Below are positions 14,109 through 46,095 of a stretch of 64,000 nt of DNA, piece after piece (position 1 is the first letter of the stretch; each line of letters begins with the position of its first letter). The notes beneath the pieces are model-generated. The model did not search any database, was not told the origin of the DNA, and saw only the letters and a program-made list of their open reading frames with translations. The DNA comes from Chrysomallon squamiferum (taxonomy: Eukaryota > Animalia > Mollusca), in assembly GCA_012295275.1 (NCBI GenBank), contig CM022671.1:3720001-3784000 (forward strand). Reading direction: 5' to 3'. The position numbers and the translations under genes were made by a program.

Positions 14109-14954
14109 CTATATACTATTATACTGAAAGTTAAACTTATGGCACATATGCACTTACATTGGTTAACATTCACACACACACACGTGTACGAGAACGGACA
14201 CGAATATTCATCATCTATTTACTCTTTCATCGACTTAATTTTATCTCGGTTAATTACCGTCCTGGTAAAACAAGCGTAAATAATAAACTGTTGTTGTTTC
14301 CTACGTACTTTTAAAACTAGGAAACTGTGGCTGTTTTTGCGTAAATTCAAAATACGTTTGTATACGACGTCAAGCATGACGCAATTACCCCAACCGTTGA
14401 GACTAAAACAACGACAGCTTGTTTGTGGCCATTAGCTCCAACGACGTCGACAAATGGAATCCATATTTTGTAGAAAATAATTTATTTTTTTTTCCTTTCT
14501 CTTTTTCCCTCTCTCTTAATAATTAATTATTATTTAAAAGAAAAAAATTAATTTAATTAATTTAATTTAATTTAATTTAATTTAATTTTTTATTTTATTT
14601 ATTTATTTAATTTTTTTTTGGGACAGGGGGGCGAGGCGTTTTCATAATTTATGTAAATGCATGTTAATTTGATTTCACCACTATTTCTAACTGAATAAGT
14701 AGATCTGAATACGCACACACTGTATTAAAACATTCATAGTATGTCCGTCACCAGCTGTAATTAATTGTACAGACAAACAGACGCACAGACTCGCTACCGA
14801 CAACAGAGACGGATAAACAGTTTTATCACATTTAGTGGAATGTTGCAGAAATAAAATAAAATAAAATAAAATAAAATAAAATAAAATAAATAAAATGGAT
14901 TTTATTTCTATTTTTGTATCTTTCTGACACCAAATAATCAATGTGCTTTAAACT

Positions 14955-15295
14955 GCTATTAAATTTAATATTGACGAGATAAATGTTATTAAATTTAATA
15001 TGACGTATTAATTTGTATTAAATTTAATATGACGTATTAATTGTTACTAAATTTAACGTAACGTATTAATTGTCATTACATTTGATACGACGCACTAAAT
15101 GTTATTAAATTTAATATGTCGTATTAATAGTTATTACATTTAACATAATGTATTACTTGTTACTAAATTTAATATAACGCATTTATTGGCATTAAATTTG
15201 ATATAAAGTATTGCTATTAAATTTAATTTAATGTATTAATTCTTACTGAATTTAATATAACGTATTGATTGTTATTAAATTTAATATAATATTAT
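14955..15295. repeat. ~29-bp AT-rich minisatellite with palindromic core TATTAAATTTAATA
   Basis: About 11 units of gttattaaatttaatatgacgtattaatt. Confidence 0.85.
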
Positions 15296-15656
15296 GTTAT
15301 TATCGAATGCCCAAATCTAATGATTAGGTAGTTTTTACTAATTGTAATTTCTATTTAAATATTTCTGGTATGTACTATAGTTAATAGTTCTGTACTAAGT
15401 TTAGTTATTATTACTTATGTTCTCTACAAACCTAGTCTATTATTTATTGCATTCTACACAAACATGGCCACCTGAATCAGTGTTACACTGGGGCGTGCCT
15501 TTAGCGATGTTGTGAACTGAATTTTCTAGGCAGGGGCTTCTATGTAGATACTGGAGAAACATTTTTGAATGGCTTCTGGATATTATAAATTAGATTTGGT
15601 TGTGATAAAATTTGTTGCTGTTTTGTATAAATTAAAAAACGATGTTTATTTATGTA

Positions 15657-15703
<47 letters not shown>

Positions 15704-16695
15704 CATAACATTGCAGGCATATCAGACAGGAATATTAACGATGTAAATCTATTTACAAATCCGCCCATATCTTGCAGCTTTTCACATATTTTGTACATTA
15801 ATGTATTGAAACAATACGTGTTGAAATTATTAATTTTCTCATATTGTCGATATTACTAACTCTATTCCATACAAATCTAGTAGGGCTGCACTGTATAATT
15901 ATTAATTTTTGCTCGTAACAGATCTACAGCTTGTCCTATTTTGCCTTTAACAAATCTTGAACGTTGTATATTATTAAATTTACCGTTCACAAGTGCAGCA
16001 TATTGTATTTTTTTTTTTTTTTTATTAATTCTATTGTTAACAAATCTCGCTCAGTGACACAGTCACTTGCTGGGAAAGACGACCTGTAACAAGGTTAACT
16101 TGAAGCGACGTACATTATTTATGCCGTGTTATTTCTAGCCTTCTAATGTTAATCACTTGACAAGCAATGGGCTGGTGTTTCCAACGCGGTTGCTTCCCTT
16201 GGGGGAACTCTTTGATTAAATTGAACATGTTTGTGTAGCTCTCTATACCGCCACTTGTTATTATCCAGAGACGATTAAAACCTTAGCGGTGTCCATGGTA
16301 ACTGAGTTACGTTGATAAACTGAACAAACGTCTGTGCATCTGTTGTGTAGGGGATTCCTGGTTAAGTCACAGACACATTTATAAGTACTGGGATCGCTTC
16401 TCCCTTATGAATTCTTACCAGTAACGTTCTTCTACTTAATTCTGATATTATAAGACAAACGTAATTAAAAAAAAACAAAAAAAACAAACAAAAAACAATG
16501 AAATATAAAATAAAATATAAATACTACTGCTACTACTACTACTACTACTACTACAACTACTACGACTGCTGCTACTACTACTACTAATAATTAAGAAGAC
16601 GACGACAACAACAACAACAATAATAATTTAATTTGGAATTTAAAGAAATCTCTATCTTATTTTCACAATCGTAATTCTTGTCTTTATTTTTTCAG

Positions 16696-33579
<16,884 letters not shown>

Positions 33580-33910
33580 AATAAATTATATCCTGGGCTG
33601 GATTTAAGTGTAAACTACACATTCCGTGGACTCAAAGTTACGTGAGGTCAAATTAATTTGTCAGTTAGCGATTTTTTAGATTACGATTTGCGCAGCAGGT
33701 TTTTCAGTCTGTTCTGTTTGGAACTGAGAAACTGTTTTGTGAAGAAGTGGTTCACGTGTCTGGATCCAGCCCAGACTTTAATTCTCGTTTGAATCAAACA
33801 ATATGAAGGTTGTGGTAAACGAAATTTGCACAAAATCAAAAATAGAAAAAAACAATAATTATTCACCCCTTTCTCAACAACAACAAAACAAAGCAAAAAA
33901 ATAAAATAAA

Positions 33911-33944
<34 letters not shown>

Positions 33945-34124
33945 ATAATAAAAAAAAATAATATAAAATAAAATAAAAATAAAATAGAGACACAAAATAC
34001 CCAACCCCCCAGTAACTTTTTGTATCGATATTGACGTTTTCTTATTTAGTGAAACTGACAAAAAATGATTATGCACGCGATGACATAAACGAAAACAAGA
34101 ATAATAACAAATAAACAAAAACAA

Positions 34125-34157
<33 letters not shown>

Positions 34158-35870
34158 AGCTAACAAATATTAGTATTATCCTTGCTGATGCTATTATTAT
34201 TATTATTATTATTATTATTGTTATAGTTTTTATCATTGCTAATTTTTTTTGCTTTTTTTCTCAACTACTTCTAGTTTCTCCTCGTTTTTAATTAATTGAT
34301 CAATCAAGTTAGTATGTGTATTAGTGTTATTATTTAATTTTAATTTTAATTTTAATTTTGTTTTATTTTTAATTCTAATTTTAAATGGTTGAGTGTTTAT
34401 TTAAAAAGGCTTTCTTGCCAAAAGTAGTTACGTGCTTGTGCAAAGGTTGTGGTGTTCTGGGATTCTAACTGACCAAAAACAATATCATGATTTGTGTGTT
34501 GTGACGAATTTCGTATTTACTTAAAGAATAAACGTTCAGAATTTGTTATAACACACAGTAAACAGAATATACTCACACGTATAAATAACACACATACACG
34601 TATAAATATATAAATTTAAATGCATACATATGTACACATACATATACATATATTAGGCGTAGGCATACGTACCTACCTTGGTACATACATTCATATATAT
34701 AAACACATACACACATGTGTATATAAATATAAATAAATAAATACATAAATATATACACAGATACATACACACAGATACACACATTCATGACACAGATGTA
34801 GACATATACGTACATACATATACATACATACGTACATACATATACATACAGACGTAATATGTCTATAACTTATTCTGTACTTAATCGTGTTCACTTGTAA
34901 TTATCTGTGATATTGTTGTTGTTTGTAATAAATGTTTTGTTCTGTTACGTTATATCGTGAAACCAAACATGTCAACAAATATCATGTTTACAGTCTGTAT
35001 AATATATCTGTTACGAATGTAATGTGATCTGCAGCTCATTTTTATAACGAGTAATATCAATATATTCATTTTTACGATTATATGATAATAATGGATTAAT
35101 TTTCAGAATAATGTGATTAAACTCAAATAATTATAATATTACTTTTTATACTCTCCCTCAGAATTTAAACAACAGTGGTAATACCAAAATTTACATCTGC
35201 TTTTAATATTTAATCGCTAATTCACTCCTTGAACTGAAAATTATGTGGCATAGTCCTGCCCACAATACTGTTTTGAATACAGACCCGTATGGTATAATGT
35301 ATGCGTAAACTAGATGTCGGTACTTTAATTGACGTAAAACAAATTTTGGAAACTCCTCAGTCTCTATGTTGCCCCGCCCACTTCGTATAATTTATGCGTA
35401 ATTAGGAACGTCGAAATTCCAAATGATTTATTACATTCCTTGGTTATTTGTCGGATTAGAAATCGTGATTAATTGTTAAATGTATTCACATCGTTCCTCA
35501 CACTCTTGATAGATCCGCCCACTTTTGCGGGAAACGCCCTCTGTTTAATTTATCCATGAATTAGAAAAGTAATTATTTAATAGTCGTAAGCTATTGTAGG
35601 GTTACTTCCTTGTGTTGACGCTATTACGAAATGTTGTAATATTTTTTATTTTCATAATATTTTCTGTTTTAATTTTTTGACAGTATCCTCCGTGGGAAAT
35701 GTTTCGACTGACAAGTAACAAGGTCGAAATCCGGTCCCAGCTCTTAATCAAAACTTCCATAACATCCAAGTTAATGATTTCTGTCCAAGACAGACAAACA
35801 GACACACAGACACACACACACACACACACACATGAACCTTCACTGGATGAAATAACATTATATTTTAACC

Positions 35871-35903
<33 letters not shown>

Positions 35904-35987
35904 CCAAACTATTCAAAACATTTTGTTTCTTTCCCGTTATTATGTATTTATGTATGTATGTATTTATTTATTTATGTATTTATGTAT

Positions 35988-36022
<35 letters not shown>

Positions 36023-36180
36023 TTATTATTATTATTATCTTTTATTTCTTCAACTGTCTACAGCTAAATGAGAAACTCTTAAGATTAATGGCCTGAACAA
36101 ACAGACTAAATATATTTTGTTTGCTTCCCAAAAATCATTTATTTCTTGATTAAGTGTAACTGACTGTGGTAGTATGTATG

Positions 36181-36214
<34 letters not shown>

Positions 36215-36224
36215 AAATATTATG

Positions 36225-36260
<36 letters not shown>

Positions 36261-36273
36261 ATTTCAGATGATG

Positions 36274-36332
<59 letters not shown>

Positions 36333-36524
36333 TTTTATTTTATTTTATTTTATTTTATTTTATTTTATTTTATTTTATTATTTATTTTATTTATTTTATT
36401 TTATTATATTATTTATTTATTTATTTATTTTTTTTTTTTAAACGATATTTTATTTATTTTCTGTTTAACGTATTTACGATGGTTGAATAAATAACCATAA
36501 TTACATTCTCTGTGCTGCCATGCG

Positions 36525-37070
36525 AATTGTTTTATTTGTATTACTGGTTACCAATGTTTACTAATAATAAAGTCTGAGAATAATTCTCATGGACATAACG
36601 AATCATATAAGCTGTTTTTTCTTTTTCTTTTTTATGTTGTTTTCAGTGTTTTATTTGTATTGGTGGTTACTAATATTTATTAATAATAAAGTTTGAGAAT
36701 AATTATCATAACCATGACGAAACACATAAGCTGATATTTTCTTTTCCTTTTTCATGTTCTTGTCAGTGTTTTATTTGCTTCTGGAGAACAATATTTACTA
36801 ATAATAAAGTTTAAGAATAATTACATAACCATATCATATAAGCTGATATTTTCCTTTCTTTGTCATAGTTCCGTCATTGTTGTGTCTGCGTAACGGAGAA
36901 CAGTGTTTACTAATAATAAAGTTTAGAACAATTACCATGACTATTCCATGGTGAATTATGTACGTTTCCTTTTCATATTCGTGTCATTGTTTTATTTGTG
37001 TTACTGGAGACCAGTCTTTGGTAAATAGAAAGTAGGAGAATTTCATAACATTTCTCTGACCATTAATGGA
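36525..37070 (+). repeat. ~118-bp tandem repeat, about 5 units
   Basis: taataataaagt core with AATAAA at 36566, 36685, 36803 and 36915. Confidence 0.9.
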
Positions 37071-37184
37071 AGTTACTGCTTTCATTTCATTCTCATGTAT
37101 TCGTATCATTACTGTTATAAAAGTGAATAAACACTATTGAAACTAGTTTTGTCGATTATCTACATAATAAAAAAAGTACTTACA

Positions 37185-37221
<37 letters not shown>

Positions 37222-37936
37222 AACGTCATATATATAACATCTCTGTAATGTAATACAGGATTAAATGTTTTTGTAAACATAACACACACAGAAACATACG
37301 CACACATACACATGTGTGTGTCTGTATATAGACACACACACATAAAAAAATATGCTTACGTACTATACGCACGCACACGCACACACACTAGGAATCAAGC
37401 ACACTTTCGAACATGTGACAGCACATATTTCAGATAAAAAAAAGAAAAAAAAAAGAAAGAAACTATGGTAACAACCTTCTACAAATTCTCTTAATATTCT
37501 CTCTCATACTTCTGCATCTAGTAATGAATATATTAATTTTCTTTTAAAAAAAATGTATATATAAGCTAAAAAAAAAAAAAATAAAGATGTTTTTATCCAA
37601 CATCCGGGTCAAACGCGGACGCAGAAAAATGCGGAAGTAAAATGACATTAGAGATAGCCAATGAAAAGTCGTTGACTGCAGACATTACAGGAAAAACGAA
37701 AAATATTACAATAACAATAACGATAAAACTAAATTTAAAAAATAACAAAATAAAATGAAATAAAATAAAATAAAATAAAATAAAATAAAACGAGAAATTA
37801 CTACTACTACTACTACTACTACTATTACTACTATTACTACTACTATTACTACCAGTACTACAACTACTACTATTACTACTACTACTACTACAACAACAAC
37901 TACTACTACTACTATTACTAGTACTACTATTACTAT

Positions 37937-37983
<47 letters not shown>

Positions 37984-38332
37984 TTACTACAACTACTACT
38001 GATACTATTCCTACTATGAATACTGATGCTTCTTCTACTACTATTATCACCAGTTATAAACAATTAAATTTTTGTTATCTTGTTGATTTTATTGTTGTTT
38101 TCTAAATATGATTGGTGTAAGAGACATTCTTATTTTTTAACTGTCAAAATATATTATTAAAAAAATGTTCTTCGTGTTGTTACTGTTGTTTTTCTGTTTG
38201 TTTCATTCTTAATCTGCTAAGGTCATTCATGTGGAACTGCATGGATCGAAAATAAAAAATAAATTATTGATATTTGTCTTATTAAATTTGTTGACTACGT
38301 GAAGATATCCTTTTTCTTCTTCTTCTTCATAA

Positions 38333-38387
<55 letters not shown>

Positions 38388-38511
38388 GAATAATACGAAT
38401 AGTGCAGTCAAATGCTATTTGTTTTAATTTCTTTCTTTCTTTTTTATATCCTCCTTTCCTTCTTTATTTATTTTTATTTAAGCTTTTCAGAAATTCTCAT
38501 TCTCTACCAAA

Positions 38512-38601
<90 letters not shown>

Positions 38602-38850
38602 TCAAGTTAGACAGATTCTGATATATCTTTCAAACTGGAGAAAATCCAAGTTATAGCTTGAACAATCTGCTGCCAAAAAAACACGGAAGTATTTCTGTCT
38701 AATTTTATGTTTCTAGTGATTTGTTATCTTGTAAGTAAAAACCCACCTATATTTAGAATTGTGATATCAATGTACTTACTTTGAAACCATTTTTCACATG
38801 CTGTTCTTTGAGTTATAGCAATTATTGTTATTTATTTATTTATTTATTTA

Positions 38851-38888
<38 letters not shown>

Positions 38889-39893
38889 GTAGTAGTAGTA
38901 GTAGTAGGAGTAGTAGTAGTAGTAGTAGTAGTAGTAAAAGTAGTAGTAGTAGTAGTTGTAGTAGAAGTAGTAGTAGTTGTTGTTCTTCTTGTTGCTATAC
39001 CTTTATTATGAAAATTAACTAATTATATCATCATATTCGTAAAATATCTTTGTATAGTGATAATATTTTAGAGAAGAGACAACATTAGCAATACGCCTGT
39101 TGTAAACATTCCACATACACACAGACGTTACAGAAAAATCAGATAACGACAACAGTTCAAAACTCCTATTATGTTTCTTTTCCAACACGAATTGTGAACG
39201 AACATTAGTAATAAAAAAGAAAAATTTTATAAAGTGAAATAATTTTTTTTTTTTTTCGATCCTTCTCTATTTATTTATTTATTTATTATTATTATTATTT
39301 TATCTCCATTTTCTGTTTATCTTTTTCTACATTTTCGAGGTTTTCTTTTCCATTTTCTCTTCTTTCTTTTTGTTTTCTTTCTTTCTTTCTTTCTTTTAAT
39401 TTTAAAAGTGTTTAATTTTTCTCTCTCTACGCACTCATCTTCCTTCTGTTAACGAATGCACTCGTGTTAATTTGTTTTTATCATTTTCTGGAAAGATAAG
39501 TTGAAGATGTAAAACTCATATTTACTCGTTACCCTTATTTTCATTCGTTATCTTCGCAGCAAGCTAATTTACATACTACCGCAGTCACGTGACAGTCCGC
39601 GATTCTTAAAACGTGCGCAGATTCAGTTTGTACTCTGTAACTCCTTCTTCATTGTTAAGATGCAATACTGGTGAATAATTTGTTTATTTTTTAATACGTA
39701 ACAGATACTGCAAGTGCGGACAAGAAGAAATCTGTGGACTCCCCAGGTTTATATATATATTATATAATGAAAATATATTGTGATGATGAAAACTGATTTC
39801 ATATAATTCGAAATTTTTATTTAAATAGTCACAGGCGACTATTTCTTGCTGATAATAAAGTTTGAGAAGCAGAGAGTACTTTCCATACTTCAC

Positions 39894-39948
<55 letters not shown>

Positions 39949-39980
39949 GTCGCGTGTATGTATGAACGTATGTATGTATG

Positions 39981-40058
39981 TAGGAGTGAATATTCTGTTG
40001 TCTACACAGCGACAATATTCGGGAACGCACAGGCGCAGAACCTCATAAATGTCAAATG
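39981..40058 (-). mobile_element. Internally deleted copy of the same SINE family
   Basis: Reverse complement contains ctgcgcctgtgcgttcccgaatatt and ends ctcctacatacatac. Confidence 0.55.
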
Positions 40059-41576
40059 TTTGTATGTATGTATGTATGTATGTATGTATGTATGTATGTA
40101 TGTATGTATGTATGTATGTATGTATGTATGTATGTGTGTGTGTATGTATGTATGTATGTACTTTTGTATGTACGTTTGTATGTATGTGTGTGTGTGTGTA
40201 TGTATGTATCTATGTTTGTATATATGTGTGTACGTATGTATATGTGTTTATGTCTGAATGTATTTATGTGCATACTAGTAACTGCCAGTCTGCCTGTCTG
40301 TTTGTGTGTGGGTTGAAGTGGATGGATGTCTGACAGTTTCTATATTTAACTCTCTGTATGTGTGTTAGACATGTTCGTCCGAATTTACTCTTGTATATCT
40401 TTTCTCAGTGGTATACATCTATGATGCTTAACATTTGTTTTCAGGGAAAAGACAATACTGAAATACAAAAGGAACCACAAGAACTAGTAAAACTGAACAA
40501 AGACAATCTAAACATTTTTTAATGATGAATACCAAACTCATAATAAATAACAGTGTAAAAAAAGAAAAAGAAAAAAGAAAAAAAAGGACTATGATATATC
40601 TATATGCAGTGTGTTTATTATCAGGAAGGTTGCGCCTTGCAAGATGTCCTCAGTGTGTTGCAGAGGTCGCTTATCTTAATTGGCAGATAACTGCAAAACG
40701 CTACAAAATACCGCCTAGCCTCGTTCTCGCCGCCACTAGCAGATCTCATTTGTCACGTGACCTAAGCGGGTCACGCGGTGACCTGTATTCCAGAGGTTTG
40801 CAGAAATATGTGAGAAATATACGTGCTGTGTGACATTTTGTCAGAAATTGGTCGTCAGCGATCATAAAGTTTTTTTTAAAGTTTTTTATTTTTTTATTTT
40901 TTTAAATGTTAATGAGTAATGTGAAATTTGGTAAATTATCTGCAGGAGAATCTGTCTTAGGATCTATCTTGTTCAAAGGCAGTCTAAATTTTAATTTTAA
41001 TTTTAATTTTAATTTATTTAGCAAAACATCAAATATATTTACGTAAAGATGACAAATGTAAACAGATATCCTTGTTTTACACTAATTATAATAAATGAAG
41101 TGTTTGGTTTTATCTTTCACGAGTTAATTATTTAGCTCTGTATCTAATATATTTACACGAATATGACCTACGTAAAACCATCACAATAATGATGTGGCTA
41201 TATTCACTTTCAAGATACGTGAATCATTCTGAAAATAGAGGGCGCAGTGAGAATCTGATGAGAAAACGCGATTCCAAAACAAACCAGTGTGACTATGGAG
41301 GAATGAATCACTTAATTTTTTCTTTCTTTTTTTTTCTTGATGATCTGGATATTATTATTAAAATGTTTTGTACGTTAAATGCCATTAGGAACAGAACAAA
41401 ATATAACCTTCGATAAATAAACGTAACAAATTAACGTATACTAAATCTGATTTATTTTCTGTTATAGGTATTTCAGAATATATGTTGAATCTGTATATCT
41501 ATTTCTCTCTGTCGGTCTGTCGGTTTGTGTGTGCGACTTTCTGTCTGTCTACCTGTCTATCTATCTATCTATCTAT

Positions 41577-41625
<49 letters not shown>

Positions 41626-42261
41626 GTGAGAGAGAGAGAAATTTATATATCAAGTAAATTATATTATTCGAATTAAGCTCATCTTTTCTTAAATAAACGA
41701 AATAAATAAAATAAAATAAATAACGTAGCTCGTTTTGTATTAAACCGTTATTAAATCCGAATCTCAACTGTTTTACCTCCAGCATCTGATGAGAGGAAAA
41801 TAGTCAAAGTTATCTCTCAGTGTTGTTAAACAAAACTGATTTTGCTCCGTCTACAATATACACAGAAGTCGTAATTTATTAAATAAATCTGGAGTTCTTA
41901 TCTGCATTTGCTTACGTCAAAACGCTTCACAATCTTAACCTAAACATTTGAAAAAAAAAAAAATGATGAAAGATGATAAATATTTGTTCTTTTGCACGGG
42001 TCCTCATATCTTCTCTTCGCAAATCAAAAGCGTTTAAATTCTAGCAGTTTTTATTTCGTTATGTAACTCACTAAATCAGTTTATCACTTATTTAAAAGCG
42101 GTTCTGACGTTGTTCCAAAGGGGGTGAATAGTTTTATCAGTCTACAGAACTGCTGAAGAAAAATCAGTAAAGTTTCATTCCGCGCATATATACAATTTAT
42201 CTTCGAATTATTATGATAGTAAAACTGAAACAAATTTAACATAACGTTATAGTAATAATAT

Positions 42262-42495
42262 TCTGTATACAGTGCAACGACAATATTCGTTAAACTTCTT
42301 ATTTATCCGACTGTCAACATATTTTGCAAACACTGCATCGACAGTATTCGTTAATCTTCGTTTTTGTCCGACTGACAAAATATTCTGCAAACACTGCATC
42401 GACAGTATTCGTTAACCTTCGTATTTGTCCGACTGACAAAATACTCTGCTAACACGTCGTCGAAGGTATTCGTTAACCTTCGTATTAGTCCGCCA
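42262..42495. repeat. 61-bp tandem repeat, about 4 units
   Basis: ctgcaaacactgcatcgacagtattcgttaaccttcgtatttgtccgactgacaaaatatt recurring at a 61-bp period. Confidence 0.9.
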
Positions 42496-43073
42496 CAATT
42501 CTGTTTAAAATTAATCATTTGTGACTTTACATCGCCAGGTGTCGTTACTGTTTGTATTAAATGCATCAGTAGACATTCTGTAATGGGCTATACTCAATAT
42601 AATTTCATCCTTAACCTTTGTGACTTTGCATCATAAAACTTCGTTAAAGTTCGTAGTTTAGACGCAATTAAAAAAAAAAAAAAAAAAAATGTCTGTCTTA
42701 AGCCCAGACAGAAATAGAAACAGACAACCAAAAACATAGGAGCTACGGGGGGTTGTCAGATACCATAATCACAAAATATAGACCCGCCCTTGTTATCCTA
42801 CGTTGTGGCCTAGATGTTTTTGCGACGTTTGTTTAGAAAGCTGATACGCAGAAGAAAAGTTATTTCTAAAATCGTCTGCGATATCATTTCTGACTGATAT
42901 TCCGTGAACTTTTATGCTAAAAATTTGTCAGTTGATGGCGGCGGCATGTGAAAGCAGTGGGAACGAAAATGTGGTAGTAAATATTTTTATTTGTTAAAAA
43001 TGTTGTAAAAAAATAAAATAAAAATAAAAATAGAAAGAAATCGATGTCATAACAATTTCTATTAACTGTTTGT

Positions 43074-43144
<71 letters not shown>

Positions 43145-44805
43145 TTTGTTTATTTATTTATTAATTTACTTAAATATATATATTTTTATACAAGTTTATA
43201 AACTGAAACATGCTATCTTTAAATTTGTTGTTTTTCATTTATTTCATTTATACTTGGTTCCAATGGAAAAATAAATTAAATAAAAATAAGTAGATGGAGA
43301 AAAAAAAAAAAAAAAAATAAAAAATAAAAAACTGACAAAGATTAAGTTTCAGTTAATTAATTAAGTATATTAGTATAATGAAACAAATTTTTAAAAGAAA
43401 AAAGATAATGACAATTAATTAAATTTTGATCAGATATTTTGGGGGATTTTTTTCAGTATAAATTATATTTTATTAATTTATAATATTTATTACCATTATA
43501 ATCATCATAAAAACAATAGCAGCAACAACAGTAATACCCATCATCATCATCATATCATTATTATGGTTCTGCTTCTCATCATCATATTCTTCATTGTTAT
43601 TACTGGTGTTGTTGTTGTAGATGTTGTTGAACAAAGATTTTTTTTTAGTTTCTGCAGAGATAATTGACTCTTCGGTCATTGACATTAAAATGATGTTAGT
43701 CTGTCTTTTAGCCTATTATATAAACAATGGCTTCAATTTCTCTGAAGCAAACACATTTCTAATTCTGTATTACAGAGCAAAATAAATAAATGCATAAAAT
43801 AAATACATAATTAAATAAATAAATGGATGAATGAATGAATAAATAAATAAATAAATAAATGGATGAATGAATGAATGAATGAATAAATAAATGAATAAAT
43901 CAGTAAATAAAAATAAATCGCTGAGCTGAAAAGATTGTTTATCTCAGAATTTTAGAATTTCAAGACAGCTGTTAAAGAGAAAACAGAATAGTACCTCGAC
44001 TTCTACCTGATACATTAAATTTTAACTTTAAAATGGCGGCCATCTTGGATTTATGCGTGTTTGTAATAAAAACATTTTTTTTTTTTTTTTTTTTTTTTTG
44101 GAAAATGTACAACTTGGTGCACTGTTTCTTTTGGAATCAATGTCTTAAATCTCTTAGATTAGAAGTTTTAAATTTTATGTGTGGATGGGTTTTTTTTTTT
44201 CTGTGAATGTGTATGTATGTTTCTCAGTTGCTTGATCTGTTTTAAAACCATCCTTTTACACACTCAAGAAGCCATACTGTATTTTCAGAAAAGGATCTTG
44301 AAAATGAAGTTAAGAAAAAACATAAAAATAAGTCTGTCAAAAGAAGAAGAAGAAGAAAATAATAATAAAAAAATAAAAACAAAAATAAATAAATAATAAA
44401 AATAACAAAGTGTTTTGTATGTGTGTGCGGTTTTATGAACGTGTGTAGTTTTTTTTTTACCACTGGATCGAAACTTTTCGTTAACATTCTTAAATTAATT
44501 TTATCTGCTAACATTTTACAAATTTCTTTCGTGAATCTTTTTTTTTTTTTTTAAATATTAATAATGACATCTATCATTCTGTGTCTGGTGTTTATTCACA
44601 CAGATTACAAAAATATGTCTCGCTTCATGGCTTCAAGCGTTAACTGTTGAAATTTTGTCTTGTAATGCGTTTCCTTGACGACAGCAACAGTTTGGAAGAA
44701 AATAACCGTTTGTGAAGTGTCTGACTAATTTGTTGTTGAATACGAAACTGGGTGCGTTGTATAGGACGTTGTACTGTCAGTAGTAAACGTAACAAACACG
44801 TCTTT

Positions 44806-44902
<97 letters not shown>

Positions 44903-44953
44903 ATTTAATATATGTATTTTAATGCGAAAATGAAACAAATAAATAAATAAATA

Positions 44954-44985
<32 letters not shown>

Positions 44986-46052
44986 ATCGAAATTTTAAAA
45001 ATGGAATGAACTGGATGGGATCCTACCAATAATTAGACAAACACTGAGAAAACAAAAGAAAAAACAACAGAAATATTACTAGATACCTTCCAACTAACCA
45101 AGTCCGTAAGCTAATCCTTCAGTTTACACTCAGTTCTGGCCCGAACAAAATAATCTTTATATTTTTATCTGATAAAGGAAAACAAACACATTTCGTACGC
45201 AAAATACCTTTATATAAACAACATTGAAGTTAACTGATTAAGCGACAATTCAACAAGTTCGTCAAGGGAAATAAATACACAGCAAAGTCCGTATCTTTCT
45301 TCTTTATGGAAATTCTTCCCCCAAATCTTGAGGACGTCAGCATGACTCGCTCTCATTTAAGGGAATAATAATTAAAAAATAAAAGTGTGCCCGTGATGGT
45401 TCAAATAAATAGCTTAAACGTATTTCTCTATATTTCAAAAAAAATTTTTTCACTGGTGTTCAACGTTTGTTAATAATAAAGTCTAAAAAGTTTATCACGT
45501 CTTTTCTTAAAGAGAAACGAGACAAATATTGTGAAAGTGATTGTAGTAAATAAAATTGAGAGTAAAAAGATAAAATCAAAGTATGTATAAATGTATATAT
45601 ATATGTATATATGTGTGTCACAAGGACTTATGAAAGCAATATGTCAACTGCAATTCTGTCTTGGTATATTAGAATGATACTTTATTATTAACAAAGGTTG
45701 GTGAATGGCACAAACAGGCCAATTACTGTGAAATGCTTGCTTACTGTGGAAATACGTATTTTTGTACATGTACAAAGAGTGTATTTGTTTGTACCATCAC
45801 AGGTATGAAAATTCCCCATCGAAACAGCGGAGACCTGACGACAGTCGCCAGCTGAATATTTAGATAAAATAGTAACTCATGCTTTCCCCACCGACTCAGT
45901 GGCCGTTGTAGCTTAATACTGTAACTTAATTTACAAACATATAATTGTAACAGAACAGAAAACAGCTATAACAAAACTGAAACTTTTTTTTTACAAATGA
46001 AAAATAGTAACACAACTTACAAATGAGATTTAAGTAAAGGAAGATTAAAAAG

Positions 46053-46095
<43 letters not shown>

